DNA from: an uncultured Acidobacteriota bacterium
Lineage (GTDB): Bacteria > Acidobacteriota > Terriglobia > Acidiferrales > UBA7541
NCBI GenBank assembly: GCA_963709315.1
Contig: CAVPWC010000003.1
Coordinates: forward strand, 139,969 to 203,968
Length of the DNA: 64,000 nucleotides
Direction of reading: 5' to 3'
Shown here: one piece after another, positions 9,785 through 20,796 of the stretch
Layout: every line of letters begins with the position of its first letter
Position numbering within the stretch: the first letter of the stretch is position 1
Program-made: the position numbers and the translations under genes
The notes under the pieces: model-generated
Told to the model about the DNA's origin: nothing
Database searches by the model: none
What the model saw: the letters and a program-made list of their open reading frames with translations, nothing else

Positions 9785-10717
9785 ATGACCAAACGTCTTC
9801 GCGCCGATATCTCATTGGCCTTCTGCAGCCTGCTCTGGGGCGCGACATTTGTCGTCGTCAAGGATTCCCTTGGCTATTCCTCCGTCTTCATTTTTCTCGC
9901 CGCTCGATTCACCTTGGCCGCGCTGCTCATGGCTGCCTTCCGCCCACACGTCTTTCGAACGCTAAAAAGGGAAGAGCTGATTGCCGGAGCCGCTCTCGGC
10001 TTTTTCATGTTCGGCGGCTATGCTTTCCAGACTGCCGGTTTGCAATACACGACTCCCGCCAAGTCCGGTTTTGTCACCGGATCCAGCGTCGTCATGGTCC
10101 CGCTTCTTCTGGGTATTTTCTGGGGACGCCGGCTGACCTTTTGGGTGTATGCCGGCGTGTTCGCCGCGGTCTTCGGGCTCTATTTCCTGACGGTTCCCGT
10201 GGAAGGCGTCTCGCATCTCAACCGCGGCGACTTGCTGACGTTCATCGCCGCGGGGCTGTACGCGATGCATATCATTCTGGTTGGGGATTACACCCGTCGG
10301 CACTCCGTTGCCGCGCTCAGCGTGCTCCAGGTTGCGGCCTGTGCCGCTCTGGCGTGGCTTGCCACCGGTTTTGCTTCCGCGTCTGGTTGGCAACCGGCGC
10401 GCTTCGGTTGGCAGGGGGAGTCGCTAGCGGGAATCGCGATTTGCGCGGTGCTGGCGACCGCCGTGGCTTTCTCGATTCAGCTTTGGGCGCAGCAGTTCAC
10501 GACATCGAGCCACGCGGCGATACTCTTCACGCTCGAGCCGGTCTTCGCGTCGATCACTTCTTATCTCTTATTGCGCGAGAGACTCGGAAACCGCGCGCTG
10601 TTTGGCGCGGCGTTCGTGCTGGCGGGCATTCTCATCGCGGAACTGCTCGGTCCGCCCGCTGCGCCAGAATCGCCGGAACCAACAGCTGAATCAGAGCCAA
10701 CCGCCGAGGCCGCGTGA
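9785..10717 (+). CDS. EamA/DMT family transporter
   Basis: About 10 TM segments, LLWGATFVVVK start motif, AAILFTLEPVFA in the second repeat. Confidence 0.9.
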   Translation: MTKRLRADISLAFCSLLWGATFVVVKDSLGYSSVFIFLAARFTLAALLMAAFRPHVFRTLKREELIAGAALGFFMFGGYAFQTAGLQYTTPAKSGFVTGSSVVMVPLLLGIFWGRRLTFWVYAGVFAAVFGLYFLTVPVEGVSHLNRGDLLTFIAAGLYAMHIILVGDYTRRHSVAALSVLQVAACAALAWLATGFASASGWQPARFGWQGESLAGIAICAVLATAVAFSIQLWAQQFTTSSHAAILFTLEPVFASITSYLLLRERLGNRALFGAAFVLAGILIAELLGPPAAPESPEPTAESEPTAEAA

Positions 10718-10745
10718 ACTTTCGCCCCCCTGCGAACGCGAATCG

Positions 10746-11387
10746 CTATTGGCGGCTGGCGTAATTTTTTACGTCGACGGGTTCGTACATGGTGGCTGTG
10801 GCGGTGTGGGCTTTTTCATACGAGGTGATGTCGGCTTCGTGCTGTAAGGAGGTACCTATATCGTCGAGACCTTTCAGCAGAACTTCCTTGCGCGATGGCG
10901 CAATGTCGAAGCGGAACATCAGGCCATGCCGGTCGGCAATGGTTTGATTCGCCAGGTTCACTGTGAGCATGTAGCCTTCTTCTTTTTCCGTGCGCTGAAA
11001 AAGTTCCTCGACCTGATCCTCGGTAAGGGAAGCGGGCAAAATGCCGTTCTTGAAACAATTGTTGTAGAAAATATCGGCGTAGCTCGGCGCAATGATCACG
11101 CGGAAGCCGTAGTCCTTCACGCCCCAGGGCGCGTGTTCGCGGCTCGAGCCGCATCCGAAATTATGGCGCGCCAGCAACACGGAGGATCCTTCATAGCGCG
11201 GGAAATTCAGCACAAACTCAGGATTCGGTTTTTCGCCGGGCAAGTAGCGCCAGTCGTAAAATAAGATCCGCCCAAATCCTTGCCGCGTCAGCGCCTTCAA
11301 AAATTGCTTCGGCACCATCTGGTCGGTGTCCACATTGACCCGGTCCAGCGGCATAACCATGCCAGTGTGTGTGTTAAACGGTTCCAT
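10746..11387 (-). CDS. leuD: 3-isopropylmalate dehydratase small subunit
   Basis: [40 protein letters not shown]. Confidence 0.97.
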   Translation of the reverse strand: MEPFNTHTGMVMPLDRVNVDTDQMVPKQFLKALTRQGFGRILFYDWRYLPGEKPNPEFVLNFPRYEGSSVLLARHNFGCGSSREHAPWGVKDYGFRVIIAPSYADIFYNNCFKNGILPASLTEDQVEELFQRTEKEEGYMLTVNLANQTIADRHGLMFRFDIAPSRKEVLLKGLDDIGTSLQHEADITSYEKAHTATATMYEPVDVKNYASRQ

Positions 11388-11727
11388 TTGCTGCTGCTCC
11401 TAAGATTCCTTTTCGACGTCTTTTTGCCATTCTTCGCTCAATGACTTCTCCAAGTGGCTTGTCGGGATGTTTTCTGAACCCGCGGTTTCTGCTGTCGGTA
11501 ATCGTCAATTTGACTTGAAACTCGGTCTCTGAGGCAACATCATCATCGATCTGCCCCGTAAGCCGACTTAGGACCTGGGAGATTGCTCGACGCTCATCCA
11601 TGTGCCGAAGTTGCTTTCCCCTCGCGATATTCTTTCGGCTCGACTTAGAATTTTCGCCATGAATGTTGCGACGGTCTCGCTTCAGGCTCAAGCTTTTCTT
11701 TTGTTTCGGACTCTTGATCTTGCTCAC
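11374..11727 (-). CDS. orphan basic hypothetical protein (117 aa) between leuC and leuD
   Basis: Open frame fills the leuC-leuD gap, GTG start 8 nt after the leuC stop, 3' end overlaps the leuD start by 14 nt; very K/R rich. Confidence 0.65.
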   Translation of the reverse strand: MSKIKSPKQKKSLSLKRDRRNIHGENSKSSRKNIARGKQLRHMDERRAISQVLSRLTGQIDDDVASETEFQVKLTITDSRNRGFRKHPDKPLGEVIERRMAKRRRKGILGAAANGTV

Positions 11728-11735
11728 GGCGGTAG

Positions 11736-13163
11736 CTACTCGACACTCGTGACGTCGAGTGAACGTACATCCACAAAGTGGCCGGCAATCGCGGCAGCGG
11801 CAGCCATTACCGGGCTAACCAGGTGCGTGCGGCTGTCTTTGCCTTGGCGGCCCTCGAAATTGCGATTGCTGGTGCTGGCGCTGCGCTCGTGCGCTGGGAG
11901 GACGTCGGCGTTCATGCCGATGCACATGCTGCAGCCTGCGTCGCGCCACTCGAAGCCGGCCTCTCGGAAAATCTTATCGAGGCCTTCTTTTTCGGCTTGC
12001 GCTTTGATGCCGCGCGAGCCGGGCACGATGAGCGCCTGCTTGATGCTGTGCGCAACGTGTTTGCCAGCGACAAGGTGAGCGGCGGCACGCAAATCATCCA
12101 ACCGCGAATTCGTGCACGAACCGATGAAAACGCGATCGACAGGAATGTCCACAATCGGCGTTCCAGCTTTCAATCCCATATATTTCAGCGCGCTTTCCGT
12201 GGCTTTCTGATCGTTCGGATCATGGAACGACCCGGGCTCCGGCACGCGTCCCGTTACGCTCGTCACCATGCCCGGATTTGTTCCCCACGTGACTTGCGGC
12301 GCAAGATCCTGCGCTTGCAACTCGACGGTCATATCAAACTTCGCGCCGTCGTCGCTCGTCAGTTTTTTCCAACCTGCAACGGCATCCTCAAATGCTTTGC
12401 CTTGCGGCACAAACGGCCGCCCTTCCATATAGGCAAACGTTGTGTCATCCGGCGCGATCATTCCGGCGCGCGCGCCGCCTTCAATCGTCATGTTGCAGAC
12501 GGTCATGCGGCCGTCCATGCTCAAATCGCGAATGGCTTCGCCGCCGTATTCCGCAACGTGGCCGGTGCCGCCGCTGATTCCGATTTTTCCGATGATGGCA
12601 AGAATGATGTCTTTCGCCGTTACGCCGCGCGGGCGCTTGCCGTGAACCAAAATGTGTAATGTCTTGCTGCGTGATTGGACCAAACACTGCGTGGCCAAAA
12701 CATGCTCGACTTCGCTCGTCCCGATGCCAAACGCTAGCGTACCAAAGGCTCCGTGCGTCGAAGTGTGGCTGTCGCCACAGACAATGGTTTGACCCGGCTG
12801 CGTCACGCCCAGCTCCGGACCGATGATATGCACGATGCCCTGGTTGCGGCTGTTCATGTCGAAAAGGCGCACGCCGGATTCACGGCAGTTTTTCTCGAGG
12901 GCTTCAAATTGCAGCCGGGCGTCGGTATCGACGATGGGCAGCAAGCGGTCTCCCATGGTGGTCGGAACGGAGTGGTCCATCACCGCGAAGGTCAGGTCGG
13001 GGCGCCGCACTTTGCGGCCTTCCGCTTGCAGCCCCGCGAAGGCTTGCGGCGACGTGCCTTCATGAATGAGATGGCGGTCAATATAGATCAGCGCGGGCTT
13101 TCCGGCTTCTTCGTGGACGACGTGGGAATCCCAGATTTTTTCGTAGAGTGTTTTGGGCGGCAT
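11736..13163 (-). CDS. leuC: 3-isopropylmalate dehydratase large subunit
   Basis: [50 protein letters not shown]. Confidence 0.98.
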   Translation of the reverse strand: MPPKTLYEKIWDSHVVHEEAGKPALIYIDRHLIHEGTSPQAFAGLQAEGRKVRRPDLTFAVMDHSVPTTMGDRLLPIVDTDARLQFEALEKNCRESGVRLFDMNSRNQGIVHIIGPELGVTQPGQTIVCGDSHTSTHGAFGTLAFGIGTSEVEHVLATQCLVQSRSKTLHILVHGKRPRGVTAKDIILAIIGKIGISGGTGHVAEYGGEAIRDLSMDGRMTVCNMTIEGGARAGMIAPDDTTFAYMEGRPFVPQGKAFEDAVAGWKKLTSDDGAKFDMTVELQAQDLAPQVTWGTNPGMVTSVTGRVPEPGSFHDPNDQKATESALKYMGLKAGTPIVDIPVDRVFIGSCTNSRLDDLRAAAHLVAGKHVAHSIKQALIVPGSRGIKAQAEKEGLDKIFREAGFEWRDAGCSMCIGMNADVLPAHERSASTSNRNFEGRQGKDSRTHLVSPVMAAAAAIAGHFVDVRSLDVTSVE

Positions 13164-13178
13164 GTGGTTTCAGTCTGG

Positions 13179-13206
13179 ATTTTAACACTCCAGGAATGGA
13201 TGTCCA
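13179..13206 (-). promoter_or_regulatory. probable leuC promoter
   Basis: Minus strand TGGACA-N16-TAAAAT with an extended -10 TG; -10 ends 15 nt before the ATG. Confidence 0.5.
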
Positions 13207-13236
13207 ATCTGGCGCGTTGCGCCGCCTGCGCAGGCT

Positions 13237-13319
13237 GTGGGCGGCAGCGCCAATCCTGGCGTTGCGCGGCCGTGCTGCGACGAATCTAGAATCTGCACAG
13301 CTAAGATTGGCTGTGCCAC
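13237..13319. repeat. pair of oppositely oriented GTGG-type REP-like palindromes
   Basis: Plus GTGG-gcg-GCAGCGCC-AATCCT-GGCGTTGC (13237-13265) and minus GTGG-CACAGC-CAATCTTA-GCTGTG (13319-13292) share a CCAATC(C/T)T(G/A)GC core. Confidence 0.55.
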
Positions 13320-13522
13320 TAGCGGAGAATGTTGACTGCCGCAGCGTCGGCTTCGTAGCCTTCTTCTTTCACGGTTTCCTCGGCTTTTGCGCGGAGAGTT
13401 TTTTCGTCCGCGTCCTTTGGTGCTTTGCAATGGCGCCGGATTACTTCTTCGCCGCTGGCGATGCGAACAAGCCAGTCCGATTTCGCTCCATCCCAGGAAA
13501 GTTCCACTCGATCGGCACGCAT
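13319..13522 (-). CDS. small hypothetical protein (67 aa)
   Basis: GGAGG SD 4 nt before the ATG; protein-like composition (MRADRVELSWDGAKSDWLVRI). Confidence 0.75.
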   Translation of the reverse strand: MRADRVELSWDGAKSDWLVRIASGEEVIRRHCKAPKDADEKTLRAKAEETVKEEGYEADAAAVNILR

Positions 13523-13704
13523 ATTTCCTCCAGCATTCCCACCACAGGGATTCGGGCGTCATTGTAGTCCAAGCGGGCGCGCAAGAGAACCGACATCTCA
13601 TGGGGCGAAGCTTGTTGGAGGCACATCTCGCGGGTAACGGGACGCCCGCAAGACATTTGTTTTTGTTAGCGGAGAATGACAGAGGAAATTCGCGGCTTGC
13701 CAGT

Positions 13705-13962
13705 TCAGGACGCCACAGCGGTGGGCCTTGAGAGGATCCATTCTTGCAGCGAGGATACGTCGCGGAATGTCTTGGAGTTGATCTTCCACGGGATAGTGGC
13801 CCAGTAGACGGTCGCGCTGTTCGTCAGACTGTCAATACAAATGCGATCCTCGGAATCCGCCGTGGCTTTCTTCAGCCAAAGAACAGTACCTTCGTCAGAT
13901 TCTTCGGCAGCAAGGAATCCGGCTTTGCGAGCTGCATCTTGAAATGCTTGAAGCTTAATCAT
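13705..13962 (-). CDS. hypothetical protein (85 aa)
   Basis: Globular-looking sequence; TATACT box 9 nt upstream of the ATG. Confidence 0.6.
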   Translation of the reverse strand: MIKLQAFQDAARKAGFLAAEESDEGTVLWLKKATADSEDRICIDSLTNSATVYWATIPWKINSKTFRDVSSLQEWILSRPTAVAS

Positions 13963-14129
13963 AGTGCTTTCAGTATAAACCCTCGGTCACGCGAAGGGTG
14001 GTTTGCAAAGGAAATATGTTATTAGAAATTTTTCATTCAACTAAAAGAAAGAGAGAATGATCCGAAGTGGTTCATCCAGTTCTAACGTGGATGGGAAAAC
14101 CTGTTGCCGAGGCGATGCCGGAAGCCACG

Positions 14130-14459
14130 CTATGCGGCGCTTGAAACCTTCGGCTTTGCAGGGTAGCCGTAGACTTTGGGTGCGTGAGAACTGCGGTAGT
14201 CGTCCAAGTCTGTCTCCGTGATCCGATAGCTTGCCTGTGGAGGATCGTTTCCGAGAGCAGCCAACTCATGCCGAAGCCTGCGCGAGCAGATCTCCGGAGC
14301 GTCTTGAAAGCGCACGCGCCGCGAACCAAATGCTTCGTTCCCAATGGTCAGTGTAAATTCGCTGGTCTCATTTAAGGCTCGCCGCACAATAAAACTATAT
14401 TCGCGCACTAGCTCTTTCGATTTGAAACCCACGTACTGGATGTTCACGTTTTCAGCCAT
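14130..14459 (-). CDS. hypothetical protein (109 aa)
   Basis: AAAGGA SD upstream of ATG 14459; beta-rich N-terminus NIQYVGF..REYSF. Confidence 0.7.
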   Translation of the reverse strand: MAENVNIQYVGFKSKELVREYSFIVRRALNETSEFTLTIGNEAFGSRRVRFQDAPEICSRRLRHELAALGNDPPQASYRITETDLDDYRSSHAPKVYGYPAKPKVSSAA

Positions 14460-15018
14460 CAGGGTCCTTTCGTCCGAGCCGGGGGCATTTTCACGGATCG
14501 GGGACACTTATATTTTTACTAATGGAGCAAAGGAATAAATGTCTTGCGGCACAGGAACCGTCGCTTTGGTAGCGCGGCGGAAGGTGTGAGGGTTGACTCT
14601 TAAAGTATACGCTCTTGTGACGCCGCCTGCCCGACTATCGGGACTCGATTTTTGCAGCGAATCCGTTCATGAGACAGAAAAGCCCTGATGGAGCGCTTGT
14701 TCGGGCGAATCGCGCTTGGACAAACGCGCACGAATGTGGAATTACGCGTTGAAGCGGGCGATTGCTCGCGGGAACGGTGCCTCATCTTCGGGGTTCAGAT
14801 GGATTGATTAGAATTGTCAAAGATTTGGAAAAGTCCAAACAAGCGTCCCTAAGAAACCAAATGTCAACCGTTCGGCGTGCGACGGCTAGAAAATGCAGCA
14901 CAGCGTCCCCCCGCATTAATTCCTTAAGAGTGCGCAATACGAGACAGACACGGGAATCCCAAGCCCCCTACGATGACATGTTCGAGGAAACATAGACTGA
15001 GATAACTGAGGTGAATTT

Positions 15019-15417
15019 ATGCGTGGATTTACTCTTCTTGTGATGGCTGCCGTGGCCGGCAGTTGCTTTGCGGCAACAGCTCCCAGGGCGGAGGCTCAGG
15101 TCAGCGTCGAAGTCGGCGTGGCTCCTGACTGTCCCTACGGATACTATGACATCGCCCCTTACGACTGTGCTCCGTCCGGCTACTACGGTCCAGAGTGGTT
15201 TAGTGGGGACGTTTTCGTTGGCGCGGGCCCGTGGTTTCACGGCGGCAATGAGTTCCGCGGCAAGGTAGACAACCGCTTCGATCCGCAGCACGGCTATAAA
15301 GGCGCGAAGCCAAACCGTGGCGAGAAGGCCGAGCCAGCCAAGCGCGTCGATCGTGACCACTTCAAAGGAAACGAAGAGCGGGACGGACGTGGCCACGCAT
15401 CTCCTGGCAAACATTGA
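15019..15417 (+). CDS. secreted hypothetical protein with Tyr/Pro/Gly-rich two-Cys segment
   Basis: GAGGTG SD, signal peptide ending AEA, CPYGYYDIAPYDCAPSGYYGPEWF, basic low-complexity tail. Confidence 0.8.
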   Translation: MRGFTLLVMAAVAGSCFAATAPRAEAQVSVEVGVAPDCPYGYYDIAPYDCAPSGYYGPEWFSGDVFVGAGPWFHGGNEFRGKVDNRFDPQHGYKGAKPNRGEKAEPAKRVDRDHFKGNEERDGRGHASPGKH

Positions 15418-15513
15418 TCCACATCTAACCCAGGCGATGGGGAGACAAAACAGCGAAGTCTTTAGCGCTTACGCTAAGAGTGTCCTCCTTGCCGGGATTG
15501 AGATGGAGTCGTG

Positions 15514-15552
15514 AGGTTGCGGGAAAATGTCTGTCGTCAAAATCCGCAACCT
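15514..15552. other. inverted repeat between convergent genes, possible terminator hairpin
   Basis: AGGTTGCGG (15514-15522) and CCGCAACCT (15544-15552); no clear U-tract. Confidence 0.35.
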
Positions 15553-15615
15553 TGCGATGGTGCGTGCGGCACGAGTGGCGCATCGACTTAGAAAAAATCA
15601 AAACTCTTCGAGATG

Positions 15616-16041
15616 TCAGGAACGACCAATCCGCCGTTTTTTCTTGGTTCCGAGCTGTGCCACCCGCGCCTTCACGATTTTTTTGATCAGGGCAATCGGC
15701 AGAGGCTTGTCCATGGGGAAGTGGATGGTGCCTTTGGACGTGGAGAAGCTTTTCAGTTCGTCTTGAAACGCCTCGATCACGGAAGCAGTCGGAAACAGAC
15801 TGATGTGGTCTGAAAAGGCCGCGAACCATAGCAGCACGCCTTTGTCGGTTTTGAAGGCAGGAATGCGGTAGCTGATGGTCTCGGTCGCTTCGAGCGGCGT
15901 GACTGCCTGAATTGTTGCGCGCATCTTGTTCAGGACTGCACGGGCAGGTTCTTGGACCCGCGCTACGTATTCATCCACGTTGCGTGGGGCGGAATTGCGT
16001 TTCGCCGTCGAGCTACGATTCGCGGATTTCACTTTTTTCAT
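15616..16041 (-). CDS. DUF1801 (YdhG-like) domain protein
   Basis: NVDEYVARV..PARAVL..MRATI....P.A.ETISYRIPAF and SKGTIHFPMDKPLP; start could also be 16050 or 16077. Confidence 0.85.
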   Translation of the reverse strand: MKKVKSANRSSTAKRNSAPRNVDEYVARVQEPARAVLNKMRATIQAVTPLEATETISYRIPAFKTDKGVLLWFAAFSDHISLFPTASVIEAFQDELKSFSTSKGTIHFPMDKPLPIALIKKIVKARVAQLGTKKKRRIGRS

Positions 16042-16125
16042 ATGCGGCATGCTATACCACTTCCAGCTCAAATCCATGTGCGAGGGGAGCGCCCGTCCAC
16101 AATTTCCTAATAATCGCTCCTCGGA

Positions 16126-16404
16126 TCATCTCTGCCGAGCCGCATGCCAAATCGTAGTGATGATGACGCGGAGACCGCGGACGCGGTAGAGAATTGTGTA
16201 GGGAGTGCCGCCGATGACGAGTTCGCGAATGCCGGGTTCCGTGCCAGCGCGACCTAGATGGGGATGAAGTTTGAGAGTTTCCACGACGGCGACAATGCGG
16301 GTTGCGAGACGTTCGGCGGCGTCAGGCTTGTCGAGAGCGACGAAGGCGTGAATTTCGCGGAGACGGGCCAGAGCCAGCGGAGACCAGACTATCGCTACCG
16401 GCAC
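16126..16404 (-). CDS. type II toxin, RelE/ParE family
   Basis: IVWSPLALARLREI, HPHLGRAG..PGIRELVI..TPYTILYRV, IWHAAR; overlaps the antitoxin stop. Confidence 0.9.
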   Translation of the reverse strand: MPVAIVWSPLALARLREIHAFVALDKPDAAERLATRIVAVVETLKLHPHLGRAGTEPGIRELVIGGTPYTILYRVRGLRVIITTIWHAARQR

Positions 16405-16706
16405 AGCGACTCGTCGTCGTGGACTTTACCGCAGACGCACTTTGGCGGAGGCAATTCGCGCTTCGTGCCCCAGGAGAGCAACCAGGCCTTTATCTCCTCG
16501 TTCCTGACGTAATGGCCTGACTTCACTTGGCGCTCAGCTTGGCGCGTTTCGGTGAGGAGTCTTTCCTGGTCGGCGACGTAGGCTTCGACGGCGTCGGAGA
16601 TTAAGAAATTGGAGCTGCGGCCGGAGGCTTTGGCAAGCTTTGCCAGACGGCGTTTTATCCCTGGTTTGAGCCGTGTACTGAGGGTTGCACTTCGTGTGTT
16701 CGCCAT
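16395..16706 (-). CDS. type II antitoxin, CopG/ribbon-helix-helix family
   Basis: LSTRLKPGIKRRLAKLAKASGRSSNFLISDAVEAYV RHH pattern and EEIKAWLLSWGT..ELPPP tail; directly upstream of the toxin. Confidence 0.88.
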   Translation of the reverse strand: MANTRSATLSTRLKPGIKRRLAKLAKASGRSSNFLISDAVEAYVADQERLLTETRQAERQVKSGHYVRNEEIKAWLLSWGTKRELPPPKCVCGKVHDDESLCR

Positions 16707-17045
16707 AAACACATTCTAGCACAGCTCAAACAGACGGTGACGCTCGGCAGCTAGCGCCGGTTACCAAGAGGCAGTTTATATCGGCTAAATTAGCGAGACT
16801 GGCGGGCCAGCGGTGGTGTGATATTATTTTGTTTCGCTGTTATGACGAACGGCGATAAGGATTACGGAGCGGCCGGCATTGCTGCTCGTTACCCGCTCGC
16901 GTCACCTCGAAGGTGTCCCGCCACCTTTGGAAGTTGGCCACGGCTTCCGGAAGCTGCTCCGCAGGCAAGAACCAGCCAAGACAGGAACTTCTGACGGAAC
17001 TGGGCTGTTCTTGTTGTCCAGCCGGGAAACAAAAATGGAAAATCA

Positions 17046-19049
17046 ATGATGATTCGCAATCGCAAACGTGGGACTCGACTGTCGGCCGTTAGATTGCCAA
17101 TACTCATTTTGTGCGCCGCCATTGTCTCCTTTGGTGCCGATCAAACCGACCGGGACGCGATACTTGGCCACCTGAATCAGATTCTGGGCTTGTACCAGGA
17201 TTCGACGGCGAAGATAGAAACGGGCGGGCTTCCGAGCGATTTGATTTTTCAGGAGAACGCGCAATCGTTGGCGACGCAGGCGGTTCGATTGGCGTTCCAG
17301 TCGGCAAGAGCGCAAGCGGAATTGATTCGAATGTCAGCGGGTGCGTCCAATGATGCGTCAGCCGGCAAACCAAATGGTGCGTCAAACGGCATTTCAAACG
17401 GCACTTCGACGAATGCTCCCACGAATAGTGCGGCTCCGCAATCCACAGAGCAGTCCGAGGGCGGCGGAACGCCAGACTATGCCGCGGTTCAGGTGCAAGT
17501 GGAGAAGCGCATTAGCGATAGGCAATCCCAGATTGATGAGTTGAACAAAAAAATCCTGGTAACGCCTGCAAGCAAGGCGAAAGCGCTGATTGCCCAGAGA
17601 GATGCTTTGGAAGGGCAGTTATCGCTGGACCGCGCGATGCTTGAGGCGGTGAAAAAGCTTGCGACCTTTGTCGAAAACAACAGCGAAGGAGGCGATGGCC
17701 TCCTTGGAAGCATCAACGAGCTTGCGCGGACGGTGCCGGAAGTCGGAGAGACGCCGACGGCCTCGAAAGGGGTTGCCGGGAACAAGCCTGCTGCTCCCGC
17801 GCCAGCGCAATCCATCGAGTCAGAGCAGCCCTCGGGATTGTTCGGGCAGATGGTCACATTGTATGGACAAGTGAAAAGCGTCCAGACCATCGACCGGCTG
17901 GTTCGAGAAAGTTCGGTTGTCCGCCAGAAGGCGGACAGCCTAAGCACGCCGCTGCGCAACACCCTGCGTCAGACAATACGGAGCGCTCAAAGCCCCGCAT
18001 CCCAAAGCGTCGCTCAGCCGGCCGCGCAGGCCCAAACAAGTCCGCAGCAATTTGCCGTACTCACGCAGCAGTTCAATCAAGTGACTACGGCACTGGTGCC
18101 ATTGCGCGAGGAGATGGTGGTTCTGGATCAGATGCGCGGCAACCTTGTGGAATGGCGCCACTCCGTCACGGCGGAATCCAAGCGCACCTTAATTTCGTTG
18201 CTGGTGCGGGTTGCGGGAATCGCGCTGGCGCTCGGCCTCGTATTGGTTCTCTCGGAGGTCTGGCGGCGAATGACGTTTCGATACGTGCACGATGGACGAC
18301 GAAGGCGCCAGATCCTCGTGCTGCGGCGCTTCGTAATGGGATTTTTTCTCAGCGTCGTTGTGGTGCTGGGATTCGTAAGCGGGTTCAGTTCGTTGGCTAC
18401 GTTCGCGGGCTTCGCTACCGCGGGTGTGGCTGTTGGGCTGCAAACCGTGCTGCTGTCGGTGGCCGCGTACTTTTTTGTAGTGGGACGATATGGTATCCGC
18501 GTAGGCGATCGCATCAGCGTTGCGGGCGTTACGGGCGAAGTGGCCGACGTTGGGCTGGTGCGCTTATATCTGATTGAGATGGCCGGGACCGGCGTCGACC
18601 TCTATCCCACAGGACGCATCGCGGTGTTTTCCAATTCGGTGCTTTTTCAGCCCACAACGCCGCTCTTCAAACAAATTCCCGGCACGGAGTACACCTGGCA
18701 CGAAATTGTGCTGATGCTGGCGTCCGGTGGGGACCACAAGCTCGTACAGGAAAAATTGGTGGCCGCGGTGAACTCGGTCTACGAAAAATATCGCGACGCC
18801 ATCGAGCGGCAGCATGGAGCGATTGAAGACCGCATGGAGGTGGTGCTAAAGGCTCCTGCGCCAGAGGTTAAAATCCAGCTCGCGGACGCGGGCCTGGAAT
18901 TGTTGGCGAGGTATCCCGTCGACCTGCACCAGGCATCCGAGATGGATGACGAGGTCGCGAGGGCGGTGCTCGGGATGTTTGGCGCGGACGAAAAGCTGCG
19001 AGCCGCAGTGTCTGGCACGCCCAGAATTCGGGCAGCCATTCGAGGATGA
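17046..19049 (+). CDS. MscS-family mechanosensitive channel with long exported N-terminal domain
   Basis: Signal peptide, about 350 aa helical region, three TM helices, RVGDRISVAGVTGEVADVGL and RIAVFSNS core motifs. Confidence 0.85.
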   Translation: MMIRNRKRGTRLSAVRLPILILCAAIVSFGADQTDRDAILGHLNQILGLYQDSTAKIETGGLPSDLIFQENAQSLATQAVRLAFQSARAQAELIRMSAGASNDASAGKPNGASNGISNGTSTNAPTNSAAPQSTEQSEGGGTPDYAAVQVQVEKRISDRQSQIDELNKKILVTPASKAKALIAQRDALEGQLSLDRAMLEAVKKLATFVENNSEGGDGLLGSINELARTVPEVGETPTASKGVAGNKPAAPAPAQSIESEQPSGLFGQMVTLYGQVKSVQTIDRLVRESSVVRQKADSLSTPLRNTLRQTIRSAQSPASQSVAQPAAQAQTSPQQFAVLTQQFNQVTTALVPLREEMVVLDQMRGNLVEWRHSVTAESKRTLISLLVRVAGIALALGLVLVLSEVWRRMTFRYVHDGRRRRQILVLRRFVMGFFLSVVVVLGFVSGFSSLATFAGFATAGVAVGLQTVLLSVAAYFFVVGRYGIRVGDRISVAGVTGEVADVGLVRLYLIEMAGTGVDLYPTGRIAVFSNSVLFQPTTPLFKQIPGTEYTWHEIVLMLASGGDHKLVQEKLVAAVNSVYEKYRDAIERQHGAIEDRMEVVLKAPAPEVKIQLADAGLELLARYPVDLHQASEMDDEVARAVLGMFGADEKLRAAVSGTPRIRAAIRG

Positions 19050-19090
19050 AGCGCGCGTGTAAATCGCCGATCTAACCTTAGTCAATATAT

Positions 19091-20478
<1,388 letters not shown>

Positions 20479-20482
<4 letters not shown>

Positions 20483-20778
20483 GACTTTTTCGCCGCCTTG
20501 CCCGTTTTGAACATGCCCAGCATGCGGTCCGTGATGACGAAGCCGCCGACCATGTTGCTGAAAGAGGCGGCGACGGCGATGAGGCCGAGGATGGTCGAAA
20601 GGCGCGTCTCATGGCGGCCGGCAATAATGATGGCGGCGACGAGGACGATGGCATCGAGGGCGTTGGTGAGAGACATAAGCGGAGTGTGCAGAAGCGGCGA
20701 GACCCGCTTAATGAGCTCGATGCCTAAAAACGCCGATAGGATGAACACAAATAGACTGGAGATAAAATCCGCGGGCAT
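20479..20778 (-). CDS. pntA: NAD(P) transhydrogenase alpha subunit, part 2 (membrane)
   Basis: LHTPLMSLTNA, NMVGGFVITDRMLGMF. Confidence 0.95.
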
Positions 20779-20796
20779 CCATGCCTCCTTAAGGTT

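Noticed and set aside
9646-10689. 347-aa alternative-frame ORF over the EamA gene
   Set aside because: Arg/Ser-rich off-frame translation; the EamA frame has the family motifs
11778-12659. 293-aa plus-strand ORF
   Set aside because: Antisense shadow of leuC
13164-13320. Leucine attenuator upstream of leuC
   Set aside because: No Leu-rich leader peptide or terminator; the promoter seems to lie right before the ATG and the hairpins are REP-like
10700-15000. Replication origin at the apparent skew switch
   Set aside because: No DnaA-box cluster or dnaA seen, and the skew changes sign again further along
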